Shown here one piece after another: positions 28,101 through 40,006 of a stretch of DNA of 64,000 nucleotides; the first letter of the stretch is position 1; each line of letters begins with the position of its first letter. The notes under the pieces are model-generated. The model ran no database searches, was not told the origin of the DNA, and saw nothing but the letters and a program-made list of their open reading frames with translations. This DNA comes from Balanoglossus misakiensis (lineage: Eukaryota > Animalia > Hemichordata): the NCBI GenBank assembly GCA_040954595.2, contig CM082591.2:2207745-2271744 (forward strand), in the 5' to 3' direction. Position numbers and translations under genes: made by a program.

Positions 28101-29231
28101 CAGCATGTCGCCAGCATTAATGACAAACTCGGAAGTTAGACCAGTAACAAGCGTGTTCGCAGACCTGCATGAGAATTCTGAAAGTCCGAAGGAGTTCCTC
28201 AACTTAGACAATCAACCCAAGTGTACAAAACTGCCAGTGAGTGTGTCAGTCGATCGCCCGGAGAGCCCCAAGACGTTCTTAGATCTCGACAACCAACCCA
28301 AGTGCCAAACGCCGCCACGGATGCAGTACCCGCACCAGCTCTACCCGGGCATGTACAGCCAGTCGCCGCTGGCTGCAGCGCTGCACGAACCACCACAACT
28401 GCCGCAGCAAGCCTTCAACGACTCGCCCAGTCTGCGGCATCTCCTGACCGCCAGTCGACCCATGCACAAACCAGCCATGCCCCGGATGATGGCGCCACAC
28501 GGCTCCAGAATGGGCCAATCCATGCACGCCTTGCAGACGCATGACCCCCGAGTGCCCCCCGGCCACCCCATGTATCACCACCAGCTGAGACAACAACAGG
28601 AGCAGGAGCAGAGATTCCAAGAGTATCAGCAGCAGCAGGCCATGTTCCAACAGCAGATGCATAAAGCTATGCCAAACCAGATGTATCCACAGCAGGTAAC
28701 CTAAGCCACTTAATTCCTACCATTACGAATCTAGCAAACGCACAGTTTTCACGGCATACCAGAAGTTCAGTCATCAGACAACAGGTCTTGTATCAATGCA
28801 TACACAAACCACAAACAGTGGATAGAATATGCATTTACATGGATGTTTGTAACAGTTGTCTTATATGTCGTAAAACTGCCAGTTGTTATCTCGATATATT
28901 CCTTCTTTTCCAGTATGCACCCAATAATATGTACATGAACCACAAACCAATGTCAGTAGGACCACCCGGTGTAGTGCTAGATCCTAATATGGCTGCCTAT
29001 CAAAACCCCCCACCCCATGCAGTTAGAAACGGTGATATGATACCAGTCCAGCAACTTCCACCTCATCACTATGCACAAGTAAGTCGAGTAACTACATTCA
29101 GTATCAAATATAGATGGTTTCTTGCTCTCATTAATTTCCAGAATAACACGAACATCATGATTTTCTTCTTGGGGTTATTCTTCGATATCGGACAGGGTCT
29201 AATTTTTTTTTCTGTGTTTCTTTTACAGTAA
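13194..29231 (+). CDS. CECR2: CECR2 chromatin remodeling regulator (ISWI/CERF subunit): DDT-like domain, AT-hook, bromodomain; ~2132 aa
   Basis: Exons 13194-13343, 13779-13885, 20975-21158, 21475-21617, 22082-22231, 22435-23824, 24036-24128, 24403-24541, 24670-24849, 25001-28695, 28914-29078, 29229-29231 (TAA); all GT-AG with matching phases. N-terminus [32 protein letters not shown]...[12 protein letters not shown]...[45 protein letters not shown] is characteristic of CECR2. AT-hook KKRGRPRK at 23375-23398; bromodomain [36 protein letters not shown]...NCEEYNG. Confidence 0.93.
19337..19429 (-). mobile_element. 93-bp non-autonomous TTAA-ended MITE (piggyBac-like termini), copy 1, in CECR2 intron 2
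   Basis: Ends ttaaccctttc...gaaagggttaa; the reverse complement is co-linear and equal in length to 59304-59396. Confidence 0.75.
22287..22310. repeat. (AC)12 microsatellite in a CECR2 intron
   Basis: Uninterrupted AC run. Confidence 0.9.
25001..25280 (+). other. Bromodomain-coding segment of CECR2
   Basis: WPF shelf, PGYYDII..PMDL motif and the conserved acetyl-lysine-binding YN (EEYNG); end is approximate. Confidence 0.9.
25867..26483 (+). repeat. Coding 30-bp (decapeptide xPRPMMPG(D/E)x) repeat in CECR2, about 20 degenerate units
   Basis: cc(c/a)atgatgcc recurs at multiples of 30 bp (25981, 26011, 26071, 26101, 26161). Confidence 0.85.
27175..27405 (+). repeat. Coding 21-bp (heptapeptide SQGMPP(H/N)) repeat in CECR2, 11 units
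   Basis: 231 bp = 11 x 21; unit tctcaaggcatgccacca(c/a)at. Confidence 0.9.
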
Positions 29232-30507
29232 CACAATTTTCTACAGAATTTCATCTACCTCATGACGTAACAAACCTGTGCAATGTAGTGTGGTGCATTA
29301 CCCAAGTTCAACAACACAACTTTTTGGATGTCCTCGCAACATTCAACTATTTCAGGGAGTGAAGTGTGGTGTTGGTTTTTTTGCAGTTTTTGTTTGTTTC
29401 AAGTTTGCTCCAGTAAATGCATCACATTTTTTGCTTTGTTTTGTATTCTCATTCTTCTCGATATTACGTAGAATTTGTTGTTTATTTAGTACTATTTTTG
29501 CAAGACGAGGCTTTAACTTTTGTCGCACTGATTTTAATTTTTGATATCTGTGTGTGTGAGTGTTCTAGACGCATCTTACCCTGTTCCGTAGTGGTCCTTG
29601 TAAGAATTTAAGCAATTTTCTGAAGGTCTGCTTTGTACAATATGTCAGCTTCTTCAGATCTGTAAATAGATTTTCTTGTGTATCTTTGCCAAACAGAATT
29701 CTCTCATATGTACATTTCTTGTTTTTGCTGAACATGAGGCCTTTGGTATGAGATGTTGTCGCGAGATGATTTCCCTAGATCTTCCTGTTTCTACGCTTCA
29801 CTGTTTTATATTTACCACAAACAGACATCGTCAAAAAACTTGTTTGCCTTGATGTACAATAGTTTGTTTATTTCCAGAAAGTTACAATGGGTTGGTTGTT
29901 TTGTGTGACAGCAATATCCAAAATGGAGGCCCGTTAGTAATGTGCCATGTTGGCGTTGAGGGCGCTCTATATGAAATTTCAGCTGTAACTGCTATTCAAA
30001 TTAGTATGCAAATCAGATTGTTATGGACCATTGACCGCTGTGATTGGCTGCACATCTAGGAGACATGTCAGACTTCACTGAAGATTCTCCAGTGGTACAA
30101 ATCAACCCAAACACAAACTACCAGACTCAGCTATGTCCAGTCTTTTGTTGAGAAATGTCCTTTCTTGATCAGTTCTAAGTTTTGTCACTGTTAATCCGTT
30201 TTCTGTTCTCGGAAAAAAAAATTAACCACTGCACTTCCAATATCAGGGAAAACACAGACAATTTTTTTGGAATGTAAACTTGGTGTATGCAGTATTTGTA
30301 TTATTACTTAATTGATTGAATTCGGGTATTCAGATTTGGAGCAAATCCTTCAAAAAAAATTTTGATAGAAACTTTTAGGATTCCACCTGTTTCCAATTTG
30401 GTATTCCAAGAAGTAAAGTTTTTGTTTTTTGATCTTTTTTTCCCAGAGGATGACTTGTATAAATTTTAGTTCTAAACTGCCATGTTTGATATATTCTTCG
30501 AGATTCT

Positions 30508-30513
30508 AATAAA
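30508..30513 (+). promoter_or_regulatory. Probable CECR2 polyadenylation signal AATAAA
   Basis: AATAAA ~1.3 kb after the stop codon, followed by a T/GT-rich tract. Confidence 0.45.
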
Positions 30514-30684
30514 CACAATGGGATATATACATTCTTTGTTTGAATTCTTTGAATTTATTGTACCCAGTATTCAACTCGCACAACTTGGCCAAAGTTCAGC
30601 TTTGAAACCGATGATGGTAGACGACTGATAAAAAGGGAATGGACCTAAATTAATGTTGAGATTCTCGACACTCTAAATATATTG

Positions 30685-32054
30685 CTAAGAATTGTGTTTC
30701 GGATTGAACTTCGATAGAAACGAATATGTCCGCGTCCTTTTTGGTGATTTGGGCGTCCGACGTCGACCTGTCACTTGGTGGCGCTGTTCATTAGCAATAG
30801 CTGTAGCCACGTGGGTTTTTTCACCATTGGCTGCTTGGTGTTTTTTGGAGCTCAAATCGTTCTGGGGAACACCAGTGTCTTTATCGACGTCATCGTATCT
30901 ATAACTTGTGATTTCTTTCTGTACTGGCACACACTGGACCACTCGACTGAGCATGGTTGCAGCCGACTTGACGTTTTCGACGCTGGAAGATTCGTAATAC
31001 TGTGCAACACGCTTCATTTTCTCGATCTCTCTCCGTGGTGTGGGCGTCAGGACAGCACTGCAGCACACGGCGCATGTCAACAGACCGATGCCGACAAGAT
31101 CTAACCAAACCTGGCGAGAAAACAATAAGGTATTGTTGATATTTGTTTAACTTTTGTTTCTACGTAAATTGTCTGGAGAGTGGTGAGCGTACTTGGCCAA
31201 TCACAAGAGCTGTGGTCTACCCGTTTCAGGTGTGCGGATAATAATTGACCAATCAGAATTTTTGGAGTCTAAAGAGAGTAAATTGTCGCCACAAGGTCGT
31301 AAAGTACATGTATATATAATGAGTCTTTGTCTTACCTTATTCTCTTGGTAAGTTGTCTTCAAGTTCTTGCCGCTCAAAATTTTCACAATCTTGGTAATTA
31401 TGCCAGCTTTATAGACCTTTCTCGCGAAATCTTCAGACTCACAGCACGGTATTCGAATGCTTCGACACATCTCGCAGTACAGGCACCAGTAATCCTCGTT
31501 CGACTTCATGTCCGTGTGCAAGCTATCCAGCACTCGCCTGTAACAGTCGATAACCACCGTCCTGTTCAAAACGCCCGTCAACTCCAATCTGTCCGATTTA
31601 TCCAGTACCTCCCTCTCGAAGATGTCCGCCACCGCGGCAAGAATGTACCTGCTTAGAATTCCGTCGTTTTTATAAAGCTGCAAGATTTGTAAGTCGAGCA
31701 CGTGCTCTCGTAGTTGTCGTTTTCGTAGTTCTATCTTTTCGCGTCTTTCTTTCTCTAACGTCAGCCAATTTTCTAATTTTTCCGAAACTCCCGACTCCGC
31801 CGTAATCGATTTTTGATCATCCGTCAATGATTTTTTGTCTGGAGAGAAAATGTAAAAATATTTGATCGGTAAAAAACGAAATTGTTAGTGTTGAAGTATG
31901 TAGTATTGACCAAAAAATAAGTAATAGCAGACCCGTACTCACCTTTGAAGAACTTTAGATATACAATGATAAGGCTTGTAAGAAGAACACACGAAATAAA
32001 ATTCGACAAATTGTTTGACCATGTCTCTTCCGCATTTTGCGAAAACATGAACAT
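30685..32054 (-). CDS. Uncharacterized 346-aa protein with N-terminal hydrophobic anchor and helical/armadillo-like body
   Basis: Exons 31943-32054 (MFMFSQNAEETWSNNLSNFISCVLLTSLIIVYLKFFK), 31336-31838 and 30685-31110; GT-AG, phases 1 and 0 consistent, 1041 nt. SEDFARKVYKAGIITKIVKIL looks ARM-repeat-like (inference). Confidence 0.7.
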
Positions 32055-33046
32055 TATTATTCCTGGAATGAAAAAAAACGGGAAGTGACCACATCATTAG
32101 TGTAAATGTATTCAGAGAAATAGGGTCATAAGGTTATAAACGCCCTTAATGCAATTTCTACAAGACAACTTTATTGTACTCTGTACCACTCACGTGACCC
32201 CAGTATCACTCACCCCCATGACGTGTCTTCAAATCACCTGATTGTAGGTCACATGTTCAGAATAAGGTTTGGGTGCCATGTTTTGTTGTAGGCTATTAAA
32301 CAAACAGTGGTCCGATTGGGTCATATACAAGGATTACCGATTTAATGCAACATGCCGGACCAATTGAAAAATGCCTCTGAAATAACCCAATATCCAGGAA
32401 GGGCGTCTTAAAATACAAAGAGGTGATTATCAGAGCCGAGTTTGTCGTTATGAATTTAATAAACAGTTAAGACAGAATTCCTATCTGATACACGGTTTCT
32501 ATGCAAAGACACGCGTTCGACACCACGTTCACAGTGATGTGACTTTTTGTGACAATTTTGAAAATCCATACGCCCGCCCCAGTTCATAAAACCCAGAGAC
32601 CGCCAACTCACCTGTTGAGTTACAGCGTCCATGTTGTGCCAACACCACATGGACCAGACCTGCCTACTTCCAAACACTGTCGTGTTGAAGTCAGTGCGTC
32701 GGTTATTATTTAACACGCGCCATGGCTAGTCAATGTGTCATGCATTTTATTAGGTCGTACTCTGGTATGTCCTGGCGGTAAAAAACAAAGCCCACACTCC
32801 TATAAAGTACTTATTGACGCAACTATTTCCCGGCATGTCGTAAAGTTCTGGCCATTACTGCACCCGGCGTGGTTCACTCTTGAACAAAAGTCGAAAAGAT
32901 TTATTGTCCTAATTGACATGTCACGTGACAACTCCAACGCCATCCCAGGCCCGAGCAGTAACCGAAACTCAACCAAGGCAAACAAACATACGAAAGTTAG
33001 AGAAAAATTCAAGACGACGAACAACTAATAAAGAAGACAACAAACA

Positions 33047-33287
33047 CCAATCGGCTTGTGTAAATCAACTCTCCACCAATAGAAATCTCTATACCATGTA
33101 CCAATCGTTGATTGGCTGACAAGACAGCAGTGTCCGCTCTGTGATTGGTCATGTTTTACACCAAATGTTGTTACGTATATCCGTTTACGCCGGATAATAT
33201 GTGAACCATTGTTCTCCACTCGCGTATTATCATTATAATACATTTAACAACCAATCACTGGCGAGTTTGCCTCTTCCAATGACCAAT
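33047..33287. promoter_or_regulatory. Cluster of 8 CCAAT/ATTGG boxes between two divergent genes
   Basis: CCAAT at 33047, 33076, 33101, 33251, 33276, 33283; ATTGG at 33111, 33144; octamer ATTTGCAT at 33309. Confidence 0.4.
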
Positions 33288-34239
33288 GAGCTTGAATTAC
33301 GTCAACAAATTTGCATGTCGGCGTCTCTGTCAGCGCAAGCTAATATATTACAATCGAAAATCAATGATGAAGTTTTCAACTGATGTCAACTTGGTAAAAG
33401 CACATGCAGTCTTTTTGTGCTTGCTATAGTAAAATATGGCGCAGGTCGAAATACCTAGGCCTACACTCTATGTCGACACTCATAAAGCACCAGAAAAGTA
33501 CATCAGTAACGAGGTGCATTGTGTTTGCTTCGTGAGGTATGACGTGAGGAGGGGAGAGAGACAGTTGAACATTACCATAACACTCTGGCTGGAAAATTGA
33601 TAGGGTGTTCTGTAGCCTGTGAAAAATAAATGGCAGAATATAACAAAGCATACCATTATTTCAGCTAAATGTTTACTGAAGTTCACATTCCACGGCTGCT
33701 GTTGGTCTCACGTCTTTGTAAAGATGCCAGAGCGATATATTGTTCAAATGCCGTAGTAAATACCCGATCAATACGCGACTTAACGTATGCAAATTTATCT
33801 CACGTTCCAGGTCACTTCGTACACAGCACTACGAGTTGAAATAGGCCTGCGGCGCTCATAAGACATACTGCGATCGGATATGCATCTTGGAGAGGTCAAA
33901 GTTCGCCATTTTAAGTGTATTTGGACTGCAACAGGTGTCGGATATCACTATCGGTCTGTATTTAACTTCGTCGCCAGGGACAACAAGGGCTGTGCGCCGC
34001 CAGGGATGTGAGATATACGAGAGAGGGTGGTCAGACTTTGGACGCAAGTGGTCGGAGATTTGACGGCCTGACAAGTTTGACACCATCCTTCAGCGAGTCA
34101 GGGCCACTTCTACAACTCAACTGATCTACTTATCGTGTCTCTGTGTGTGTAACACCTGGGGTAATTGACAGCTACTGAAAGAGAATGGAACTCTAGCAGA
34201 AAGAAAAAAAGATTCCGTCGCCCGCATCATGCTCCCAAC

Positions 34240-37200
34240 ATGAAACCCTGTGGTAAGCCGCTATCACGTTTTATCATGGAATGATTTCACAAGGAGATAT
34301 GTTGAGCCACTAAACATGCGTAGGAATTGAATCCCGACGTTTCTTAACGTCCACGGCAAACGCCCAACTGGTAAGGTAAAACTACCAATCCACAATAGAA
34401 GGCTTTGCCGTGCATTGTATAATTAAATGTTGACTGACAGTGAAAATAATTATCAGGGAACATCTCTTTGACTTGTACACATACTCAATCGCAGCCAGAA
34501 GGCCGGTGTATTTTTTTCCGTTTATTGTCAACTACTAAACACACGGACGACAAGTACCCTCCATTCAATAATTAGATTATCCAAGGCTCTCGCGTAAACT
34601 TGTGAACACGGGCCCCACTGCTTTCTAGCAGTCCCCAGAGGAACAGTGTTCACGGCGAACGGGCCCCACTAATATTCATGCACCATTGCAATTTCCGCAG
34701 AACCGTTTCCGACACGAATATCGCAAATTCTCCTGTTATGCAATTAAATGTTAAAATGTTTGCACTGTCGTTGCTACGAGTCCCGATATCGCCTCTCCAC
34801 TCGTGAAAATACTCGAATGTATTTATGTTCTAAATAATTTAAAACATCTGCCATGATAAACGTAAGCCAATATTGAGTCGTGACAGGACACGGGAATTGT
34901 AAAACGCTTCTCAACGTTTTATGTTCAACTCACGATTCCAACAGGTGTACCATTTAAAATAGGCCAGCGTGCTGCATGCCTGGTAGGTAAATACTATAAA
35001 CTGGTTATATCAGCGAACGCCTCTTTACATCTGTGTGACAAAATACCATGCGATCGTGGACAATTTCCGCTAATTGGCAGAATCAAATTGATCCACGCGT
35101 AAAACAAACATCAATTACTCTCAGTGATTAAGATTGATTTTTAGAATTAACATTTGAGGGAAATACGTCATTAATGAAACTCGGGTCAGAGGGCAACTGC
35201 ACTTTAAACAGCATACCGTAGTATTGCATACCACAGTTGCTACGTGCGTAAAACAGCACACGGGGAGGGTCAGATATTTTTTGCTTTGTGTGCGACTAGA
35301 GTGTCCTTGTCTTTCTATTATCTCAGACACGAGTAGCGTTGACTTCACCCTGAAGTAGCGTTGTTGCACTTGAAACTACTTTATTGACCATAATTCCCTC
35401 TCAGAACCCACTCTCCTTTAAACTGTGCGTGTTTTCACCCTTCGCGATTCCCCGCCACTCGTGAACAGAAAACAGAATGGCGATTGCGGAGATACAAATT
35501 CATATCACCGTTTCTTCCAGCATAGAAGTAAAACCCACGATTAAAAGTGAAAAGTGGCTGGATGTGGATAGCACGTAAACGCCCGTTACTGTCTGAAACA
35601 AAAGTCGGCGTTTATAATGACGTATTTAACATTTGGCGTGGGGGCGTTTGCCCATACCTGTCCTGCATAGTCTTATCTATATTCGATATCTGCATAATTA
35701 CACTGACGTATTATAAACCGCGATTTACGCACCGAGGTCACTGTGCTCGAGGGTGCGCGACCTCCGGACAGACGGGTGTGTAAGCAACACTCTGTTGTTT
35801 TGCGCTGTCTCCAACAAAAAACGAGCCCCTCAAAAGCAACCGATCCCACCCCAGAGTTCTTCAAAACTTCCATGATCGTCTACTGGTGACATGCGCAATG
35901 GGTAGACTCGATAACGGTACCCCAGCGTCTCGGTTGCCAAGGTAACACTGTCTTCAAGGCTTGTAACTAACAGACCCAAAGGTCAATTGTTATGTTTGTG
36001 ACACTGTTTTCTTAATTTCATTTCTGGCAGGTTCGGATGAGTTGGTCTTGGAGCTTGTGTTTTTCGTGTTTGTGATCACCATATCAACCCTCTATCAAGG
36101 TATGTAATTTTATATATATAAAAAACAGGGACTTTTCTGTGAAGTGTTTTCAACTTAGTTTATTACCTGGTACACTTAGGGTGGGTCCAACGTTCTACAC
36201 AACCTACGTCCTGACAAAATGACCATATCCTTATTTTTTATGAAAGTCAGAAGAAAGTAATGTGTCTAAAAATGTCACAAATATAATATAAGTCATGCAT
36301 ATCCTGTTTAATTAATGACAACAAAAACTGTGCATTGCCTTATGCAAAATGAAAGCAACGTATAGTAGCGACCCCTTTTGAATATTTATCAGAGTTGTTT
36401 TTACAGTTGGTGTGTTCATACTCTCACTGTGTCATTTGCAACTTTTGTCTTCAACAGATGAATTGTCCGTCGCTATTGAGATTGTCATCACTGCTTGTAT
36501 CGTTGTCTACTTCAAGGCCGTTACCTGGATGCTCTATGGAATGATAATTCATGTCGTCATCGTTGCTATGCGAGAAATACTGAAAACCGATAAGACAGAA
36601 GGTAAGGGATAATTTCAATACGGTTTCATGGTGCACTTTCTGCAGTGTAGAGTTCCAGGTAGACTGACAAATCAGTCAATAGAGGGCGCTCTCTACGCAG
36701 ACAGCGCCCTCCAACGGCAGAATTTCAGTCTCAGTGCCAGTAGGCTTTCCAGGATAGCTAAACAACTTGAACACACTGGCTATCATTTTTAAAGAACAAA
36801 TTATAACGCATTTTAAAACTCACTTTACTTGCTCAAAATATTTTCAGACTTGAATAATATTTATTAAATCTAAACATTTTCATTGTCGGCAGAAAATTTA
36901 CAGTCCCAAGAAATCGTTTACGAGGGAGAGATAGTGGAACAGAAACAGGAAAGTGAAAGCCAAGACAGTTTGCCAACTTTGCCCCACCTGATAAAAAACA
37001 TGGCGGTCAATATCCACAATGCATTGTGGGATAAAGGTAGAGACACTTCATCGCATCCGAACCATGGAGACCCCGCGGAACGCATCATGACTGAGCGACT
37101 CAAACCCCGGAATATCTTCGCTCGACTGGACAACTTCATCCTCAAGCCCCCACCTTCATATACTGACTTTTGGCAAACAGAAATACATGTTTCTAAACAT

Positions 37201-39123
37201 GGATTCCAGGAAGCCATCGGGGACACTGGGAGCGTGTACAGCATCGTGGGTAGCGAAAATAAAGCGATCATTGACATTCAGGGCGACCAGGACATGGGTT
37301 GTAATCATGGCAACCAACCGGCCATCGAAAGTGACGAAGGGAAGCAAGAATTGACTGATGGAGGTGAAGATGGGCAAAATAAAAACATTGACAAGCGCCC
37401 AGAAAATATTGAAGAAACCTTTGAAGACAGCGAAGGAGAAATATTTGAAGAACGCATAGAAAGTACTTCTGTGGGAGATATGTATGAAGATATCTATGAA
37501 GATGATAGTGTGGGCGCTACCTATGAAGAAGATGCGGACGTCTATGCGGAATGTGTGGAAATCCTATATGACAGAAATGTGGAAACGTATGAATACAATG
37601 GGCACAGGAACACTGACCAAGGCAACTCTATCACAAGACAAGAAGACAATTATGATGAACAAGGAGATGAAGTCCTTGAGGAAACAATAGTAGTGGTAGG
37701 ATTTGATGATGGCCAGGAAGGAATCTATGAAGATGATGTGGGAGAAATCTATGCAGACGATGTGGGAGAAATCTATGAAAATGGTGTGGGAGGAATCTAT
37801 GATGGTGGTATGGGAGAAATATATGAAGATGATGTGGGTAAGTTCTATGAAGATGATGTTGGAGGAATCTATGAAGGTGGTGTGGGAGAAATCTATGAAG
37901 ATGATGTGGTGAAATTCTATGAAGATGATGTGGGAGATATCTATGAAGATGGTGTGAGAATTTATGACAATAGTGTGGGGGAAATCTATGAAGACCAAGT
38001 AGTAGGTTACTATGATGATGTGGGAGGAATCTATGAATATGGTGTGGAGGATGGAATCTATGGAGATGATGGAGAGGTCTATGAAGGTCATGTTGGCGGA
38101 AACTATGAACAAAACTTGGAAGAACAATTGAGGAATGTCTCTGAAAATGATGAAGGGGAAATCATTGAAGAAAGCATAGTCGTTTGTAGTGTGGAGGATG
38201 GGAAAGATGGCGAAAGTCATGAAGTCCGTGAAGAGTGTTTCGTGGTTGGGCCTGGAGATCAACTGGGAGACGAAGATGAAGATGGGGAGAGAATCCAAGA
38301 TGGCTACCTCCCGGAAGTTGAAGAGGGACGAGAGGAAAGTCACTTTGCTGGAAACCTGGGCGACATCTATGAAGATGAGCAGGGAGTGGTCCTTGAAGAA
38401 AGTCCTGGAGATGTCAGTGATGCCAAGGATGGGCTCATGTATGATGAAGATCTGGAAGAAATCTGTGAAGAAAAGAAGGTGGATGGTTTGCAGAGTCATA
38501 TGGGGACAATCTATGAAGAAAGTGGGGAAGATAGCTCTGATACTCTCGAAGATAGTAGCCATGACGATCATACTGGAGAAGTCTATGGCGACCATGTAGA
38601 GGATGTCCCCGGCAACCATGTGAGTTCTTATAGCAACCATATGAGACGTATCCATAGCAACATAAATGGTGACATTTTTGACCAGTATGAAGAGAACGCC
38701 GGCGTGAGAGACAAGGCGAATCCACCGGAATATGTCTTCAGAGAAACCAGGAACGCTTTGCGTGGAACACGAGACACAGGCCACTATGTCCGAAGATCGA
38801 CTAATTCTGGAACCGGAAGGATGATGAAAATAAATGCACTGGACGACAGCGACATCTACGTCAGAGAAGACGAGAAAATGAACAACTCCGGTGAGCATTT
38901 CCTCTCAAGATCCTTACCGGATCTGCACTTCGCTGTCGATCACAGAGCAATGCATCCACCCACAGACAAGAACAAACACAAGAACGCATTCGCACAGGTT
39001 TTCCGCTCACGGTTCTTGGGACAGTACCGGCGGAAACAGGTTTATGCAAAATATAAAACCGGTAACCAGGACTACCACAGAGTGTGTACAGACGAAGAAT
39101 TGGAAACTCAATCATTATTTTGA
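34240..39123 (+). CDS. Uncharacterized membrane protein (~818 aa): up to 3 N-terminal hydrophobic segments and a long Glu/Asp/Tyr-rich repeat tail
   Basis: Phase-1 exons 36031-36099 (SDELVLELVFFVFVITISTLYQ), 36458-36601 (ELSVAIEIVITACIVVYFKAVTWMLYGMIIHVVIVAMREILK) and 36893-39123 (open 2.2 kb) splice in frame. First exon 34240-34252 (ATGAAACCCTGTG|gtaagc) is a phase-compatible guess. Confidence 0.7.
37717..38120 (+). repeat. Coding 24-bp (octapeptide G(E/G)IYEDDV) repeat, about 17 units
   Basis: ggagaaatctatgaagatgatgtg and variants in tandem within the long ORF. Confidence 0.88.
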
Positions 39124-40006
39124 GTACTTCCAGGCAGAACGTGAAACTGCTTTTGAACATATCAGTATCTACGTTTTTTTTTCTAGTACAGTATATGACA
39201 AGATATTTAAGTTTGAAATTGAAAGAAATCCAACTTTGCCATAATTTCTTTTCACGATATCATGCAACGATGAAGTCAGACTGTTCAAGTGAGAAGAAAA
39301 AAATTTTCGCTAGAGAAAATTAGACATCCTTCTGAAAGCCACGGTCTCTTACACGAAAACAATTTTAGGTACATGTGAAATGTAAAAATTTGATGATGTT
39401 TAAAGGATCCTGAAATTTTTAGGGACATGAATGTGGCCTAATGATGGTTGACCGAGACTATTGCGACAATTCAACATTATTTGTGCCGTCCATTAAATTA
39501 TTTTAGTTTTTTAGTGTTTGTCTGCATTTATACTACAATAATGTTTCACACATCAATTTTGTAAATGATTATGAAGTAAATGTTCGCATTTTTTAAGCAT
39601 TATCAAGAAACTCAATTATCTGTATATTTGCTATTTCATAATATTATCGAACTGTATGCAATATTATATTATATAAAACTTTCGTTGCACTATTGTTTTC
39701 GAATTTATTTAATAAATAGGCCTATATTATCTCCCATGTTTAATTGCCAAGTTGCATCTAATAAAATGTATAAAAACATTACATCATTGTTCTATTTTTA
39801 TTTCCCATTTTTACGCGTGTGTGAGATATAACCAATGTATATGACATGAAAATATCATAATCAACAAAATTTGCAGAGTCGAGAATTTGTCATTTTTTTA
39901 CATTTGTCATGGGTAATAGCTCATAACAATTGTAAAAAAAATATTGCAATTTTACGATATTTGTGACTTGGTCATTTTACTACATTTTGGAAATGTAAAA
40001 ATTGCC

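Noticed and set aside
35898-35941. ATG-containing block as first coding exon of the acidic membrane gene
   Set aside because: Its ATG frame ends in phase 2 and hits TGA in the next exon; the phase-1 frame has an upstream stop and no ATG.
37564-38898. 444-aa hydrophobic minus-strand ORF
   Set aside because: Antisense mirror of the GAA/GAT-rich acidic ORF, which has splice support on the plus strand.
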